From Malacoraja senta (lineage: Eukaryota), in the NCBI GenBank assembly GCA_038087875.1, contig CM075979.1, positions 86,800,001-86,864,000 of the forward strand: a stretch of 64,000 bases of DNA, written 5' to 3'. Numbering within the stretch: position 1 is the first letter of the stretch; the number at the start of each line of letters is the position of its first letter. Made by a program: the position numbers and the translations under genes. Positions 61,113 to 64,000 of the stretch are shown here, one piece after another. The notes beneath the pieces are model-generated. The model saw nothing but the letters and a program-made list of their open reading frames with translations, was not told where the DNA came from and did no database searches.

Positions 61113-62599
61113 GAATCATTGACTCAAAACTGTGAAAGTACAGCAATCGTCAAACAAAAAGAAAAAACATTTGAATGGGAAAGACCCACTAAGGAAGTGA
61201 GCGTGGGGTATAATGGAGCAAGACTTTGTAACCACCACCAAGGGAATTGTTTCTCTCATTATAACCTCTGGCGGAAAGGACTGTAAATTGTTCTGAGAGG
61301 CAGTCATTTGTTGTAGATTAGACTGTACAAATATTTTGACACTTTGGCACTTTGGTAACAAATCACGGAGATGTTGGGAAAATCTGCCATCAATTCAAAT
61401 CCATTCACTTGACAATACTGGCCAATGGGAGCGAGCTGCAGATAAATGTTACTTTTAAGATTACGATTTCTTAATTTTCCAAACAGCATCGTGTTATCCA
61501 CTACCCCACTACCCCAAGTCTTTTACCCACAACCAGAGGACATAGGTTTAATGTAAAAGGGGTACAATTTAATGGGAACCTGAGGGGTAATTTTTTTACG
61601 CAGGTATTTATATTGCGTTATCTGCGTTTAGAATTATGCACTATTGTCCAACAAGTTGTCCAATGTTGTGTGAAATATATAGAATGAGAGTAGAATATGC
61701 ACATAATGTAGCAGAAACACTGCCATTTTGCTCATTCTTCATAATGTATTTCTGTTTACACAAAACAAATCCAATACAGGGACATTTATTCTCCTGAAAC
61801 ATCCTAAATTCTACCCACTCTGTATTTAGTGCAGACGATGGTACAGAAGATACCAGAGTGGTGCAGGATGGGGATGGGGCTCCAATGGGGAGTTTGCAGA
61901 AAGCACACTGTTGGTAAATCATTGATCGCATTCCCATACTCTGAGAGAACACTCCAAGTTGGAAGCATTGAATTGTGAAATCACTATGTTCGCTACAGCA
62001 TAATTATAATAATAATCAGTCTTATCAGCACAGTTTTGTAATGCAATAGAAACTGTTTAGTTTCATTACTTTATAATCTAATTGTTGATCACACTGCCCT
62101 TGTGATTCTAGAAAGTATGCCCCAAAACTACTTTCTTATTTTTGCAATGTCGAATTCCATTCGTTTAATTATAATTTATCTTTACAATCTCCTTACAAAA
62201 TGGAAACACAAATGTTAGGAAACTTGCGTTATTGCGTGTCATGAAGCGTGAATATATTCAATCGATTAGATTCATATCAAATGAAGTTTCACTCAGGGTG
62301 CCATGGAAATGGAATGGGTTGCCGGAGGAAGTGGTAGAGGCAGTTTCAATGATGACATTAAGTGGGACGAGCTCAGTTAGCCCACTTGTTTGGCATCGAT
62401 GAGTTGGGCCAAAATGCCTGTTTCCATGCCACTATGCCTTCATGACTCTTAAGTATAACAGATCAGGTTACTCATTAACCAATTAAGTTATACATTCTGT
62501 TCAAAGTCATAATAAGTGCGAGATTCACTTAAGGAGGAAATATTAATCCTTCAATAACCAAAAAGCCAACAGTCCATTGTTTTCAATAATAAACACTTA

Positions 62600-62812
62600 A
62601 AATTGAAAATTGAGAGACAACACAGAACAGGTCGTTCAGCCACCAAGTCCTCAACAACCATCAACCACCTCAAGCTGTACATCCATCCCATCAATTTACC
62701 AACACGATAGAGGCAAATTATTATGACCAATCAGCCTACCAACCCACACATCTTTGTGGAATCCCACATGGTCAAAGGGAGAACATGCAAACTCCACCTA
62801 GACAGCACCCTT
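62600..62812 (-). mobile_element. Degenerate V-SINE
   Basis: cccacatggtcaaagggagaacatgcaaactccacctagacagcaccc. Confidence 0.65.
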
Positions 62813-63604
62813 TGGTGGCAATGGAGGGGCAGGATGGGGGGTGGAATGATTGGTGACATAAAAGGAGAAAGTTGCTACACACAATAAACTACAAACTTTA
62901 GGTGCCATTTTTAATGTATGGGTATGCAGTGTGATTGTACAGGAATGCACTGCTACAGGTTGCTGGATTAGAAATTTGTACCTTTGAGACCATTTCCTTT
63001 GTAAAAGTGCTATTTGTGAAATGTCACTGTGTCTGACATATTCTTGCATGGCAGCAGAGGAACTTGGAGGAATAGTCACTCTTGTGGCTGAGAGCAACTT
63101 CAAATTCCCTTCCACATGTCTTAGTATTTGGCACTGTTGCTGGAAAGTTGGTCAGCTGCCTGCCTTCTTGGCAGCAGTGGATATTTAATGTGTGGCTGTA
63201 CAGACTAACTTACACCGAATATAACATTTTGGATGAGGTTCAAAGTATATATCAGAGAATGGTCTCTCCATAAAATGCTATAAAAATGACAATTGTAAAT
63301 CAAATAGCATTTGCTGAAACTGGCAATTCACTTCACCAATGTCTTCAAGCCATTGTGGGTGAAGGAAATAATGGATATTGTTGGATGGATGCCCCTTGAA
63401 TTCTTATTTAAACGGAGTACCAAACATTAAGTTCTTGGCTGAAGCTTTTTTTTTTAAGGAGCAACATTTACAAAAGCTGTAGTGGGCAGAATTCTAGCAA
63501 TTTTTTTCTGTCACTGAATATACATGGAGTTCCCTTTGTCTGAAAGAGTGGAAATAAGTGGAGTGATATCTACAAAGTGTTTACAACACAAGATTACATC
63601 GTTT

Positions 63605-63909
63605 TTTAGTTTTGGAGATACAATGGTAACAGGCTCTTCGGCCCACCAAGTCCACACCGACCAGCAATCTCCGCACACTAACACTATACTACACACACTA
63701 GGGGCGATTTACATTTATATCAAGCTAATTAGCCCAAAAACCTGTACGCCTTTGTAGTGTGGGAGGAAACCGGAGCACCCAGAGAAAATCCACGCAGGTC
63801 ACGGGGAGAACATACAAACTCTGCACAGGCAAGCACCCGTAGTCAGGATCGAACCTGGGTCTCTGTCGCTGTAAGGCAGCAACTCTACCGCTGTGCCACC
63901 ATGCCGCCC
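63605..63909 (-). mobile_element. HE1-type V-SINE, full length
   Basis: Reverse V-domain and tRNA head ggatcgaacctgggtctctgtcgctgtaaggcagcaactctaccgctgtgccaccatgccgccc. Confidence 0.9.
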
Positions 63910-63991
63910 TCCAGTCTTCTCACAGCCTTCTAACTTTATTTCGTAGCCTGAGGAATGGATAAAATCTGTTGTGTCTACTTTTGTTTTGCAG

Positions 63992-64000
63992 CTGAACGCT
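63992..64000 (+). CDS. ERC1: Probable start of the terminal ERC1 exon (truncated by window end)
   Basis: Strong acceptor ctacttttgttttgcAG (63990-91) followed by CTG AAC GCT (L-N-A) in phase 0. Compatible with the recalled human last-exon start LQDELEK. Only 3 codons are visible. Confidence 0.45.

Overview
Eukaryotic, AT-rich vertebrate DNA. The repeat complement (HE1-type V-SINEs, HER1/CR1 LINEs, Neptune-type Penelope elements) points to a cartilaginous fish, probably a skate or ray; this is inferred from recalled repeat families, not a database search. The window is almost entirely intronic sequence of a + strand ELKS/ERC gene (most likely ERC1). One clear 192-nt coding exon lies at 37619-37810 and encodes the ubiquitous-isoform C-terminal region. 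A probable acceptor of the last exon sits at the very end (63992-64000). The introns are crowded with CR1, L2, Rex1/Babar, Tx1 and Penelope fragments, tRNA-derived SINEs and three TIR-bounded MITEs. The most striking non-gene signal is about 20 short Penelope-derived elements carrying a minimal hammerhead-ribozyme motif (CTGAAGA-A-GGGTCTCGACCC-GAAA-CG-TC). Many are palindromic, have one longer 'tail' arm and are bounded by 10-17 bp target-site duplications, so they look like independently mobilised ribozyme-bearing mini-retroelements. Several candidate unannotated ERC exons (6-nt, 39-nt and an alternative stop-containing acceptor) are also visible. Nearly all ORF-track entries are spurious or repeat-derived.
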